64,000 bases of DNA from an uncultured bacterium (GTDB lineage: Bacteria > Muiribacteriota > UBA9980). Numbering within the stretch: position 1 is the first letter of the stretch; the number at the start of each line of letters is the position of its first letter. This document shows positions 19,563 to 29,854 of this stretch, piece after piece. The translations under genes and the position numbers were made by a program. The stretch covers positions 18,661 to 82,660 of the forward strand of contig CAZJFS010000003.1 of the NCBI GenBank assembly GCA_964545075.1. Reading direction: 5' to 3'. The notes below the pieces were generated by a model, which worked only from the letters and a program-made list of their open reading frames with translations, searched no databases and was not told the DNA's origin.

Positions 19563-20642
19563 TTATTTAGAAAGCGGAATATATAACGGGTTTTTAATAC
19601 GCGTGAAACATCTTTCCGCCGGGCCTTCTCCTTCAGAAAACGGCTTGAAGTCATTCCAACCCGGGAACCATGAGTTGATGAATATTTTCATTTTTGAGCC
19701 GGCGGGCACATTTTTTTTCTTTTCATAATTTTCAATCGTTCCGGCCGGCTCGCCGTCGGCGTAGAAAACGATCTTTTTTTCCAGATATGATATCGCATAA
19801 TTATGAAACCGTTCCGAAGGATCGAAAGGAAGCTTGAACTCGATTTTTTCAAGCGGATCTCCGGCCGATATGTAGGAAGTGAGCCAGAGGCGCCTGGAAT
19901 CGTCGTTGAAGATCTCCATGGTTATTTCGTCCTCGCTTACAGGGTCGTAAAGAAAAAAGCCGGTCACCGATTTTGCGGCGCGGCACGTTTGAAGATCGAC
20001 GGAAAAAGTTCCGTACGAGAACGGCTCGATGGATTCTATCTGGCCTCCGTCGAATTTTTTCGCGTGGAAACTTATTTTAATTTCATTTCTATCATATGAA
20101 ATGTTTTTGAACAGGAGCTTTCCCCTGTTGCGGAGGGGTTTGCAGGTGTCAGGGGTCGGTTTGAAGCCGGTATTGCCTAATATTAAAATTTTTTCAAGAT
20201 TCGTGTTTAAAACGTAAAACGAGTTTTCACTGTCGATGAAAAGATAACGTACTGGTTCCTTGGAATCTGGCGGCGCGTTCCATATAGCCACTCTTACCCG
20301 GAATTTTCCGCTTGGAAACGAATCGTCGTCCGGCACCGTCCAGGATACCTTGAACGGCGCTGAAATTTCTCCGGCTGAAAGAGCGACCGGCCCTGTATAA
20401 GGCGCATCGTGCCATGCCATAGATGCGTCGCAGACGCTATAGCCGATCCAGAAACTTTTCTTTTCGCGTGACGAATTTTTAAAAGTGATAGAGGAAGTCG
20501 CTTTTTCGCCGCATTTATAGTTTCCCGAAGCGGGGCTGAAATCGATTATATGGACGGGGGATTCTCCGCCTGAAACGGGCGCCTGACCGAAAAGGAAACA
20601 AAGGGCGTATGACATTATGAATATTAAGCGTAATGCGTTCAT
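19563..20642 (-). CDS. Secreted hypothetical protein, possibly a GH16/concanavalin-like beta-jelly-roll
   Basis: It has a signal peptide. The segment YGTFSVDLQ…FFLY…EDEITMEIF resembles the GH16 catalytic strand ExDxxE, but the middle Asp is replaced by Thr. Confidence 0.35.
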   Translation of the reverse strand: MNALRLIFIMSYALCFLFGQAPVSGGESPVHIIDFSPASGNYKCGEKATSSITFKNSSREKKSFWIGYSVCDASMAWHDAPYTGPVALSAGEISAPFKVSWTVPDDDSFPSGKFRVRVAIWNAPPDSKEPVRYLFIDSENSFYVLNTNLEKILILGNTGFKPTPDTCKPLRNRGKLLFKNISYDRNEIKISFHAKKFDGGQIESIEPFSYGTFSVDLQTCRAAKSVTGFFLYDPVSEDEITMEIFNDDSRRLWLTSYISAGDPLEKIEFKLPFDPSERFHNYAISYLEKKIVFYADGEPAGTIENYEKKKNVPAGSKMKIFINSWFPGWNDFKPFSEGEGPAERCFTRIKNPLYIPLSK

Positions 20643-20712
20643 TTTAAAATGCTTCCAGTTTAACGGTATCTTTATAATGCTTATCTTCGTTCAGGGCGAT
20701 CATTACAGGTTG

Positions 20713-21261
20713 CTACGCGAGGATTATCGAATAAATCTTTTTGGGTCCGTGCATGCCTTTGACGATCCGTTTTTCGATGTCCGCGGTCCTGGAAGGGCCG
20801 GATATTAAAGTTATCAGCGGCGGCGCGACATTTTTTGAAAGATAAATTTCGGAAAAATATTCGTTCATATTTATATAAGCTCGCGGATTTTTGGATATGA
20901 ATACGTTAAATGGCGGAACCAGGGTTTCAGCCGTTGCTTCTCCGCTGCCGGCAAAGGCGAATGCGCCGTCGTTTAAAAGAAGAGCGTCAGGCGTTGAAAC
21001 TGTGAGCATAACGTCATTTTCAAACTTAAGGGCGAACTCGACAGTCATTTTGTCTGAAAGAAGTTTTGATTTAAGGCTTCCGGCAAAACCTCCGTCGTAT
21101 TTTTCGGAGACCGAGTCCGAGATGAAGATCTTGAATGAGCCGAGAGCGCCCATTTCATTTTTAATTATGTTTTTAACGCTTTCAACCACTCCGGCTGAAT
21201 TTTTGCAGTGCATCACTGTTCCGCCGTTGATTCTGAAGCGCTCATTGAAAAGCTTTATCAT
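20713..21261 (-). CDS. lutC: LutC/YkgG-family (LUD domain) lactate utilisation protein C
   Basis: It has LUD-domain architecture with a GPSRTADIEKRIVKGMHGP C-terminus. The start overlaps lutB by 4 bp. Confidence 0.7.
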   Translation of the reverse strand: MIKLFNERFRINGGTVMHCKNSAGVVESVKNIIKNEMGALGSFKIFISDSVSEKYDGGFAGSLKSKLLSDKMTVEFALKFENDVMLTVSTPDALLLNDGAFAFAGSGEATAETLVPPFNVFISKNPRAYINMNEYFSEIYLSKNVAPPLITLISGPSRTADIEKRIVKGMHGPKKIYSIILA

Positions 21262-22637
21262 TTTTTAAAATATCCTTCCATGAAAGTTTTGCGCGGCATA
21301 TCTATGAAATGCCTTTTGGCGAACCTGTTCCAGAATGGAACGTAGTTATAGCCGAGCGCTTTTTGCGAAAGCTTGAGATACAAACGCGCGAAAGGCCGGA
21401 CAACTTTTCTTATTAAGTAATATGACATGGCGATCCTGTATGCGTAAGAGAAACCCCTTTTGAATCGGTGGGCGAGCGAAACTTTTCCGTCGTATTCTTC
21501 GGCGAACCTTCTGCGGTGTTCGATTATAAGGCGGGAAATGGAAATTTTCATGGGGCAGACCGATGAGCAGAAGCCGCACAGCGTCGACGCGTTAATTATT
21601 TCCTCGCATTCGGTATAGCCTTTAAAAAAAGGAGCGAGCATGACGCCGATGGGGCCGCCATAGGTGAACCCGTACCCGTGGCCTGAAATACGTTGAAATA
21701 CCGGACAGACGTTCTGACATGCGCCGCACCGGATGCACCTGAGCGCCTCTTTAAAAACCGGATCGGCGGCTATTTCAAATCTTTTGCGCGTGACGATGAT
21801 ATAGTGGCGTTCATGCCCCGGGGCTGGATTTCCCGCCACCGACGTATAGGCGTTTAATATCTGCCCGGTGGCCGATTTCGAAAGAATATCCAGGAAATAT
21901 GGCAGGTCGGACAGGCGCGGTATAAGCTTCTCGACGCCGAAGATCGCTATGTGAGTTTCAGGCAGCGACAGGCACATGCGGGCATTGCCTTCGTTCTCGA
22001 CTATAGCGATGGAGCCGCTTTCGGCGATAGCGAAATTCGCCCCCGTTATTCCGACTTTAGCGTTCAGGAATTTCTCGCGCAGGTGGTTCCGGGCGAATTC
22101 GGCCATGATTTCTATATCCTCGGTATAATTCATCGCGAGTTTTTCCGAAAAAAGCGCGGCCACGTCTTCTTTTGATTTGTGCAGGGCCGGAGCGGTTATG
22201 TGCGACGGCGCCTCTCCCGCGAGCTGCACGATAAACTCGCCGAGGTCTGTTTCGATAGGAACGACGCCGTTTTTTCCGAGGTAATCGTTAAGCGCCATTT
22301 CTTCGGTAAGCATTGATTTTGATTTAACTACGTATTCCGCGCCCTTTTCCCTTATGATTTCAAGCGCTCTCGCGTTGGCGCTTTCGTAATCGTCAAATAC
22401 ATCCACTTTTATTGATAGTTTGCGGCATGCGGCGCAGAACTGGTCCAGAAGAAGCGACAGTCCGGAGATCGAGGCGTCCCTTATGGTTATGGCTCGCTCG
22501 CGGGACTGTTCGTATGTTTCGGAAATCGCTATCGCCGCGCTCCTGTTTTGAAGCGCCGTCATAGTGGCTTTTTTCAGGTTGGCCTGAAGTTTTTTGTCGG
22601 CGAGGGCTTTTTGTGAATTTTTACGGACTGATATCAT
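21258..22637 (-). CDS. lutB: LutB/YkgF iron-sulfur lactate utilisation protein (2x 4Fe-4S + LUD domain)
   Basis: The motifs CIRCGACQNVCPV and CGFCSSVCP are present, and the N-terminal domain is DUF3390-like. Confidence 0.75.
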   Translation of the reverse strand: MISVRKNSQKALADKKLQANLKKATMTALQNRSAAIAISETYEQSRERAITIRDASISGLSLLLDQFCAACRKLSIKVDVFDDYESANARALEIIREKGAEYVVKSKSMLTEEMALNDYLGKNGVVPIETDLGEFIVQLAGEAPSHITAPALHKSKEDVAALFSEKLAMNYTEDIEIMAEFARNHLREKFLNAKVGITGANFAIAESGSIAIVENEGNARMCLSLPETHIAIFGVEKLIPRLSDLPYFLDILSKSATGQILNAYTSVAGNPAPGHERHYIIVTRKRFEIAADPVFKEALRCIRCGACQNVCPVFQRISGHGYGFTYGGPIGVMLAPFFKGYTECEEIINASTLCGFCSSVCPMKISISRLIIEHRRRFAEEYDGKVSLAHRFKRGFSYAYRIAMSYYLIRKVVRPFARLYLKLSQKALGYNYVPFWNRFAKRHFIDMPRKTFMEGYFKK

Positions 22638-22653
22638 AGATCACCATTGCCTT

Positions 22654-23373
22654 TTAGTTCGAACACATATCTATAAATTCGCATATATGATAAAAATTCA
22701 TTTTAAACGATCTGGCGCATGCGATGCTTTTTAAATGCATAAGGCATCCGCTGTCGCACGCGATGATGGTGTTTAAACCGAGCCGCCTTACGAATTCGAG
22801 CTTTGACGTCCCGATATCGATGGAAAGTTCCGGCATGGCGGCCGAGAACGAACCGCCAAATCCGCAGCAGGTATTTTCAGAAAGCCCGGCTTCGAAATAT
22901 TTAAGCCCTGAAATTGAGTCAAGTATGGCTTTGGGCGCCGCGTCGATCTCCATTTCATTCAGAAGGTGGCATGATTTGTGGTAAAATATTCCACCCTTAT
23001 AAGACATTTTAAGCTTTTCACTGAGCTTTTCGGCATGAAAAAACTCGGAGAATTCGCGGATCTTTGAAAAAATCTTTTCGTCGGCTTTTTCCGGAATGAG
23101 GCGCGGATGAGCGTGTTTTATCATTGCCGCGCATGATCCGGAAGGCACGAGTATATAGTCGGATTTATCGTGTCTGAACTGTTTGAAGAATTTTTGCGCC
23201 AGCGCTCTGGCGTCTTCATGAAATCCCATATTATAGCCGGGCTGTCCGCAGCAGGACTGATATTTATTGACATATACTTCGATGTCGCATTTTTTTAATA
23301 TATTGACCATCGCATGTCCGGCCGAAGGCATGAAGTGATCGATGATGCAGGGGATGAAAAGCGTTACTTTCAT
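22654..23373 (-). CDS. lutA: LutA/YkgE (Fe-S) oxidoreductase with CCG domains
   Basis: The motifs FIPCIIDHF…CCGQPGYN are typical of cysteine-rich CCG domains. Confidence 0.75.
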   Translation of the reverse strand: MKVTLFIPCIIDHFMPSAGHAMVNILKKCDIEVYVNKYQSCCGQPGYNMGFHEDARALAQKFFKQFRHDKSDYILVPSGSCAAMIKHAHPRLIPEKADEKIFSKIREFSEFFHAEKLSEKLKMSYKGGIFYHKSCHLLNEMEIDAAPKAILDSISGLKYFEAGLSENTCCGFGGSFSAAMPELSIDIGTSKLEFVRRLGLNTIIACDSGCLMHLKSIACARSFKMNFYHICEFIDMCSN

Positions 23374-23390
23374 TCGATTAAACTCCGCGG

Positions 23391-23819
23391 CTAATTATTT
23401 TTGCTTGTGACGGCTTCCACCAGGGGTTTGTCGCCGGCGTGCCCGTCTTCCGCGCCGTTCAAATTTTTCCCGGATAGAACCGATGCATGCGTTAGTATCG
23501 CCCGGCCCACGAAGAAAACGCCGACTATCGCCAGGCCTGACATAAGCGCGGTAAGCACGGCGTTTAAAGTCATGAGCGCGGACAATAATATAGGCTTGAA
23601 GAAGCCCACGTTCAGAAAATTGCAGGCTACGTTAAAGCCGGAAACGCCTATTCCCAGAAGAAAAAGCGATGTGACGGCGGCCTCGAATTCGCGGTCCTTT
23701 AAGCCGGAAAAGATCGGCCGGGCGATCGAACTGTTGAAATAAACGAGAAACGCGCCTGTGACAACCGCTGAAATCACGAAACATAAAATTGCTTCTAAAA
23801 ATCCCATAAGAACCTCCAT
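23391..23819 (-). CDS. Small hypothetical membrane protein (4 TM)
   Basis: The profile is hydrophobic and no family is recognised. Confidence 0.4.
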   Translation of the reverse strand: MEVLMGFLEAILCFVISAVVTGAFLVYFNSSIARPIFSGLKDREFEAAVTSLFLLGIGVSGFNVACNFLNVGFFKPILLSALMTLNAVLTALMSGLAIVGVFFVGRAILTHASVLSGKNLNGAEDGHAGDKPLVEAVTSKNN

Positions 23820-24083
23820 TATAAGCGTTTAAAATAATTCACATTCAAAAAATATCAGGCATTAGTTTGGAATTTTAACACAACTGATGCCAAAAAGCAA
23901 TATATGTTAGAAATCGTGCCTGAATTCATTGACATCCATTTTTAAAAATGATAGCATAATTAAACCATCGTTATACGTGCCGCTATCTCACATGGAATAG
24001 TCCGTTAAAAGCACGAATTGCGTTTAAAACCAATCGTTTTAAGAAAAGCGACGCGAACAACAATATCGGGAGTGTGTTACCAA

Positions 24084-24956
24084 ATGAGAGTTGAAAAAAC
24101 AAAGATTACGGCCATTATATTTTTACTGTTTTTAATATTAACTCCGTCTTACGCCGCTGATACGCCGGATACTAAAGTTGGCATCTCGCTCGTTCGGGCG
24201 GCTAAATATGGCGATGTTGAAAACATAAAAGCGCTTATCGCTCAGGGCGCCAATATAAATGAGCGTTCTGAAACCGGCCGTACCGCGCTTATAGAAGCTG
24301 TTGTCAAAGACGACACCGCCTCGGTCGCGCTTCTTCTTGAAAAAGGCGCCGACGTCGCGATAGCGGGAAACGAAGGCGAAACTGCTTTGAGCCTGGCCGC
24401 CTTCAAAGGAAATATCAATGTCGTTCGCGCGCTGGCCGAAAAAAAAGCCGATATTAATTCGACCGATAACGATGGAGAAACGCCGCTTATGCAGGCTATA
24501 AACTATCGTGAAAATACCGAAGTCGTAAAATTCCTGCTTGAAAAAGGCGCCAATATAAACGCCGCTGATAAAACCGGCCAGACCGCTTTAGTCATAGCCG
24601 TTTCAGAAGGCATATCGAATATGGTCAAAATGCTCGTGGAATCTGGCGCCGACGTTAACATAAGAGACAACCGCGGTAAGAACGCCATGGTAATAGCCGT
24701 CGAAGAAAATAATGCTGAAATAGTAAAGATGCTCATCGATAAAATATCGAAAATTGATGAGGAGAGCGACAAAGGGAAGACTGCTCTTGTTTACGCCGCT
24801 TCAAAGGGAAATGAAGAGCTCGTAAAACTTTTAATCGAGAAGAAAGCGGACGTAAATCACCAGGATAAAAAAGGCCAGTCGGTGCTGCGCTATGCCGGTG
24901 AAAAATCCGGTAACGATAAAGTTATAGAAATTCTCAAGGCCGCGGGAGCCAGATGA
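24084..24956 (+). CDS. Secreted ankyrin-repeat protein (~8 ANK repeats)
   Basis: It has a signal peptide, then repeated G.TALM.A…LL..GADVN units. The start was set at the Met at 24084; the ORF track starts at 24018. Confidence 0.8.
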   Translation: MRVEKTKITAIIFLLFLILTPSYAADTPDTKVGISLVRAAKYGDVENIKALIAQGANINERSETGRTALIEAVVKDDTASVALLLEKGADVAIAGNEGETALSLAAFKGNINVVRALAEKKADINSTDNDGETPLMQAINYRENTEVVKFLLEKGANINAADKTGQTALVIAVSEGISNMVKMLVESGADVNIRDNRGKNAMVIAVEENNAEIVKMLIDKISKIDEESDKGKTALVYAASKGNEELVKLLIEKKADVNHQDKKGQSVLRYAGEKSGNDKVIEILKAAGAR

Positions 24957-24958
24957 TC

Positions 24959-27070
24959 TCAGCGCATCGTTCTCATCGAGTTGAATATCGCGATGATCGC
25001 AACGCCGACGTCGGCGAAAACCGCCTCCCACATATTCGCATGACCAGTAGCGCCTAACGTAAGAAAAACGCCTTTTACGCCGAGCGCGAAGACGATATTT
25101 TGAAATACAATCGTCCGCGTTTTTTTTGCTATGTTAATGGCCTCGACGATTTTGGACGGTTTGTCGTCCATGAAGACTATGTCGGCGGCCTCGATAGCGG
25201 CGTCGGAGCCGAGCCCGCCCATTGCGATGCCGATATCGGCCCTTGCTATGACGGGAGCGTCGTTTATTCCGTCTCCGATGAAAGCGGTGAGGCCGCCGTC
25301 CTTATTGAGGCTTTTGTAATATTCGAGTTTTTCAACTTTTTCATGAGGGAGAAGTTCGGCGTGAAAAGCGCCGACATTGACGCTTTCAGCAATATGTTTC
25401 GCGGTTCCTTCGTTGTCGCCCGTGAGCATGACCGTCTTGACGCCTAATTCGGCCAGATCGCGCATCGTCCTGGCGGAATCGTCCTTCAATTCGTCGGCGA
25501 TTACGATATAGCCGGAATATTGTTTGTTGACGACGACATGGACGGTGGTTCCCGCGCCGATACATACCCTGTGCTGGATGTTTTCGTCGTGTAAAAATTT
25601 GTCGTGGCCGGCGAAAACGTTCTCGCCTTCGATGACCGCCTTTATTCCTATGCCTGGAATTTCCTCATATGATTTGATAAGTTTTTCGTCGATCGGTCCG
25701 TTATAAGCCTTTACTATTGCTTTAGCTATGGGATGGTTAGAGTGCGATTCGGCGAGCGCGGCATATTTTAGTAAAACGTTCTCGTCGCCGGTCTCATGTT
25801 CTATCGATACGACCTTGAAGGCGCCTTTGGTTATGGTCCCTGTCTTATCGAAGAGGACTGTCTTTAAATTATTAAGGGCTTCAAGATGATTCGCGCCTTT
25901 TATAAGGATGCCCTTTTTAGATGCGCCGCCGATCCCGCCGAAAAATCCCAGTGGAATGGAAATGACCAGGGCGCACGGGCAGCTTATTACGAGAAATATA
26001 AGAGCGCGTCTGAACCATTCCGAGAACGCCTGATTTAAAGCCAGCGGCGGTATGATCGCGAGTATGACGGCAAAAATGACGACCGAGGGAGTATAATACC
26101 TCGCGAATTTGGTTATGAACTGTTCGGTTTTTGCTTTTTTCAGCGAAGAAGTTTCGATGAGCTTTAAGATTTTAGAAACAGTGGACTCTTTGAAGGTTTT
26201 CGCGGCCCGGACCGTTAAAAGTCCGTTTATGTTGATGGAGCCGCTCAATATTTCGTTTCCCGGCGCGACATCGCGCGGTATGGATTCGCCGGTGAGTCCT
26301 GAAACATCCAGCGACGAAACGCCTTCGATAATATTTCCGTCCAGCGGAATGCGTTCGCCGGGTTTTACGATGAAAATATCGCCGGGGTTGACCTCTTCTG
26401 GTTTGACTTTGAGCGTTTCACCGTTTTTTTTCAGGTTTACGGATTCAGGACGCATGTTTATCAAGGATTTTATGGACTTTCTGGAATTGTCCACGGCGTA
26501 TTCCTGAAAGAGCTCTCCTACCTGGAAAAATATCATGACGCCTATGGCCTCGTGATACTCTTTTATAGCGAAAGCCCCAAGCGTCGCGACGACCATGAGG
26601 AAATTTTCGTCGAATATGTTCTTGTTTTTGAGATTTTTAAATGCGTTTATGAGCAGCGGATACGCGCCGATAGCGTAGGCGATAAGATAAAACGGAACTT
26701 CCGCCGGGCTTCCCTTTGAAAAAATTCCGAGAGTCAGAAAAACAAGTCCGGCCGCGATCCTTATCAAAAGCGAGCGCGGGGTATCCTCGTCCTTATGATG
26801 CGAAAGGGACTGTTCGGCGATGTCGTCTTCGCTTATGGCTTCGACGATTATGCCGTCCTCTATCGCGTCGACTAGCGACTGGATAGCGGATGCTTCCATG
26901 GTGAAGCCATCGTCCGGCGTGACTTCGAGAATGCCGTCTATGAAATTGAGGGCCGCGCACGAAACGCCGGGGAACTCTTGAACTGATTGTTCGATCTTCG
27001 CCGCGCAGTGGGCGCACGTCAGGCCTTTTAAGTGAAATTTAGCGTGCGTTGAAATGCTGACACCATCCAT
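24959..27070 (-). CDS. Heavy-metal-translocating P1B-type ATPase (Zn/Cd/Pb- or Cu-type) with an N-terminal HMA domain
   Basis: The HMA motif GLTCAHCAAKIE, the SCPCALV CPC motif in the TM helix, the DKTGTIT phosphorylation site and GDGINDAP are all present. Confidence 0.9.
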   Translation of the reverse strand: MDGVSISTHAKFHLKGLTCAHCAAKIEQSVQEFPGVSCAALNFIDGILEVTPDDGFTMEASAIQSLVDAIEDGIIVEAISEDDIAEQSLSHHKDEDTPRSLLIRIAAGLVFLTLGIFSKGSPAEVPFYLIAYAIGAYPLLINAFKNLKNKNIFDENFLMVVATLGAFAIKEYHEAIGVMIFFQVGELFQEYAVDNSRKSIKSLINMRPESVNLKKNGETLKVKPEEVNPGDIFIVKPGERIPLDGNIIEGVSSLDVSGLTGESIPRDVAPGNEILSGSININGLLTVRAAKTFKESTVSKILKLIETSSLKKAKTEQFITKFARYYTPSVVIFAVILAIIPPLALNQAFSEWFRRALIFLVISCPCALVISIPLGFFGGIGGASKKGILIKGANHLEALNNLKTVLFDKTGTITKGAFKVVSIEHETGDENVLLKYAALAESHSNHPIAKAIVKAYNGPIDEKLIKSYEEIPGIGIKAVIEGENVFAGHDKFLHDENIQHRVCIGAGTTVHVVVNKQYSGYIVIADELKDDSARTMRDLAELGVKTVMLTGDNEGTAKHIAESVNVGAFHAELLPHEKVEKLEYYKSLNKDGGLTAFIGDGINDAPVIARADIGIAMGGLGSDAAIEAADIVFMDDKPSKIVEAINIAKKTRTIVFQNIVFALGVKGVFLTLGATGHANMWEAVFADVGVAIIAIFNSMRTMR

Positions 27071-27134
27071 TTTGAATAAAAATAAATATCATAATAACCG
27101 AAAACAATGCTAAATTGAAAAATAAATTCACGGA

Positions 27135-27593
27135 TTATAGTTCTTTTAAATATTTCAATGCGATAGCGGCCGCCGCTAAATCATCGACTTCGACTGAAAC
27201 CGGCACCAGCGTTGAAGGCAGAAGCGACATTGGAAACGCAGGCGGGTTGCATTCGAGATAAAGCGCTCGAGCGGCCTCGGTCGTGTGTTTTTCATTGATT
27301 ACGTGAACGCTTATGCCTGAAAGTTTTTCGTTCGCGGAAATGAATTTTTTTAACGCTTCTTCAAAATTTTTAGAACAGGTGCCGTCGCCGAGAGCGATAT
27401 TTGAAACTTCGAATTTATCGAAAATATTTTGAAGGACCGGCGCCAGAGCGTTAAAAATAAATTCAGAGGATAGAGAATTTTGTCTGTCAAAATCCTGAAG
27501 CCTCTGAATTTCACGGTATATTATCTTTTTATTAACGTCAATAACTGCGACGCCGAATTTATTCAATCCGGGGTCGATTCCAAGAACTGCCAT
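27135..27593 (-). CDS. ruvX: YqgF/RuvX-like putative pre-16S rRNA nuclease / Holliday junction resolvase-like protein
   Basis: MAVLGIDPGLNKFGVAV… gives an RNase H-fold N-terminus. The NEKHTTEAA motif matches DERLTTVEA. The C-terminus reads AAAAIALKYL. Confidence 0.6.
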   Translation of the reverse strand: MAVLGIDPGLNKFGVAVIDVNKKIIYREIQRLQDFDRQNSLSSEFIFNALAPVLQNIFDKFEVSNIALGDGTCSKNFEEALKKFISANEKLSGISVHVINEKHTTEAARALYLECNPPAFPMSLLPSTLVPVSVEVDDLAAAAIALKYLKEL

Positions 27594-27594
27594 C

Positions 27595-28908
27595 TTATTT
27601 CAACGCTTCGGCGTCGATACGGCCGCAAGCAGCGTTAAGCGCCTGTTCAACGGTTTTCGCGCCGCTTAACGCTGCTTCCATTTCCGGGTTTATGAGCGTT
27701 TCAAGCTGCGCGTATTTTAATACTTTCGGGCGAGGCTGCGCCGTTTTCATTTGTTCCATAAAGACCTTGAGTATCGACGCTTCTTCCGTGTCGTCTATCT
27801 TTATTTTATCGTATGCCTTCAAATTGACCGGTATCTGGCGGAGCTTCGAGCCCCATTCAGCCTGAATGTCGGCCGAAGTGAGATGGCGGAGGAATTCATA
27901 GCACGCCTTGAGCTGATCGGGAGTGCGCTTTTTCTTGAAGATGACCATATTCGTTCCGCCGACGTTGGTTGACGTGCCTTTAGGCCCTTCGGGAACGAGC
28001 GATACCGCGAAATTGATCTTCGCGTTTTTGAAGCGTGAAACGTTCCAGGGGCCCATGAGTATCATGGCGTATCTTCCGTTCATGAATCCCGTTTCCGTGT
28101 TCTGGCCGCCTGAAGCCCAGGCGCCGCCTTCAACGGCGTATTTTCTGAAAAGATCTACCTTGAATTGAAGCGCGTCTTTAGCTTCCTGGGAGTTTAAAAG
28201 GCATTTCTGTCCGTCATCGCTCAAAAATTTAGTGCCGTAGGTATTGAAGAACGGGAACGACCACCACAAGGAATTGTCCATTCCGAATCCGAACCTGTCG
28301 GCATCCTTGTTCGTGAGCTTCTTTGCGTATTCAAGAAAATCCGCCCATGTTTTCGGGGCTTTATCGGGATCGAGCCCGGCCTGGCGGAAAAGGTCCTTGT
28401 TGTAAAAAAGGCACGCGCCGTTGGTTTGATCGGGAAAACCGTAGATGCAATTCTTGCCGCTTTTTTCATGTATGATGCAGGAGTCTATAGCCGCCGGAAC
28501 ATATTCGGCGAGTATCTCGTTCGTTCCTATTTTTTTTGCCGCGGCTTCCTCTTCTATGAATTTATTGACGTCTTCCAGTATTTGATTATACGCGAGTTCC
28601 GGCACGAACGTGGTGTCGACGCGGCCTATATCAGGCGGCGAACCGGCTATAAGCGAGGTTCTGTATTTGGATTCCTGGCCCATCCAGGGGATTTGAGCCA
28701 CATGGACGGTGAATCCGTTCTTATTTTCCTTCGACCATTTTTCAGCTATATCGTTAAAAACCTTCATTTCGTCTGGGCCGTATGAGACCCACACCAGTAT
28801 GTCCTTGGCGCCCATGCCGCCAGGCTTGGCGCAGAAAAAAGTTCCGAATATGAAGACGAAGAGAAGCGCACTTATTGCTATTGTCGATATCATGCTATTT
28901 TTAATCAT
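27595..28908 (-). CDS. Carbohydrate ABC transporter substrate-binding protein (family 1 SBP)
   Basis: It has a signal/TM N-terminus and the SBP_bac_1 fold pattern: ILVWVSYGPDE…, many Trp/Tyr residues and LINPE. Confidence 0.75.
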   Translation of the reverse strand: MIKNSMISTIAISALLFVFIFGTFFCAKPGGMGAKDILVWVSYGPDEMKVFNDIAEKWSKENKNGFTVHVAQIPWMGQESKYRTSLIAGSPPDIGRVDTTFVPELAYNQILEDVNKFIEEEAAAKKIGTNEILAEYVPAAIDSCIIHEKSGKNCIYGFPDQTNGACLFYNKDLFRQAGLDPDKAPKTWADFLEYAKKLTNKDADRFGFGMDNSLWWSFPFFNTYGTKFLSDDGQKCLLNSQEAKDALQFKVDLFRKYAVEGGAWASGGQNTETGFMNGRYAMILMGPWNVSRFKNAKINFAVSLVPEGPKGTSTNVGGTNMVIFKKKRTPDQLKACYEFLRHLTSADIQAEWGSKLRQIPVNLKAYDKIKIDDTEEASILKVFMEQMKTAQPRPKVLKYAQLETLINPEMEAALSGAKTVEQALNAACGRIDAEALK

Positions 28909-28923
28909 TTTATCATACCGCCT

Positions 28924-29787
28924 TTATTCTTTTACCGCGCCTTTTGTCATGCCTTCGATAAAGAAATTCTGCGCCACGAGAAATAGCACAGCTATCGGAA
29001 TTATCGAAAAGCACGAAGCCGCCATCATCATTTCCCACTCGGAACCGTGCGGGCCTGAAAAATAAGCGAGTCCGACGGGAAGAGTTAATATAGAGGAGCC
29101 CGGCTTCGTGATGACGAGCTGCCAGATAAAATTCGACCAGTGAAATAAAAACGTGAGAAGCAGAAGCGTCACTATTATGGGCATCGCAAGAGGCACTATT
29201 ATTATCGTGAAGATCTGCCATTCGGAAGCGCCGTCAAGCCGCGCGGCTTCTATGAGCGAATCCGGAATGCTTCTCATGAACTGACGCATCATGAACACGC
29301 CGAAAATATTTGCCAGATGCGGTATTATAAGTCCCTGATAAGTGTCGAACCATCCGAGTTTTATCGTTATTACAAACTGTGGAACGAGATACATCATGCC
29401 CGGGATCATCATGGTCGCGACCAAAAGATAGAAAAGATATTCCTTAAAGATGAATTCTTTTTTAGCGAAAACGTATCCGGCCATGCATGAAAACGCCGTA
29501 GCAAAGATAGCCGCAAGGGACGCCACTATGATGCTGTTGAAGAAATATTTCATGAAGCTGAACTCGGATAATACCTTGCTGAAATTTTCGAACGTATATA
29601 ATTTTTCGCCGGCGTTCGGGAAAAAGTGGAGCTTGAAGGCGGTGCCGGACACCTTGAAGGCGGTCAATATCATCCAAAATAGTGGAAAGAGGACCACGAG
29701 CGCGCCCAGCGTCAGAAATGCGTATAGAATGGCTTTCGTGATCTGTTTATTATATTTGACAAGTGATTCGTTTGCTTTATCCATCAT
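28924..29787 (-). CDS. Carbohydrate ABC transporter permease (MalG/UgpE-like)
   Basis: The EAA-like motif region IEAARLDGASEWQIF is present, with about 6 TM helices. Confidence 0.8.
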   Translation of the reverse strand: MMDKANESLVKYNKQITKAILYAFLTLGALVVLFPLFWMILTAFKVSGTAFKLHFFPNAGEKLYTFENFSKVLSEFSFMKYFFNSIIVASLAAIFATAFSCMAGYVFAKKEFIFKEYLFYLLVATMMIPGMMYLVPQFVITIKLGWFDTYQGLIIPHLANIFGVFMMRQFMRSIPDSLIEAARLDGASEWQIFTIIIVPLAMPIIVTLLLLTFLFHWSNFIWQLVITKPGSSILTLPVGLAYFSGPHGSEWEMMMAASCFSIIPIAVLFLVAQNFFIEGMTKGAVKE

Positions 29788-29854
29788 AAGGTCTGGTCTC
29801 CTCTTAAAATCTCTCGAAATTCGCGTTGGCTACGCGTACGGCAGTTATCCCGCG

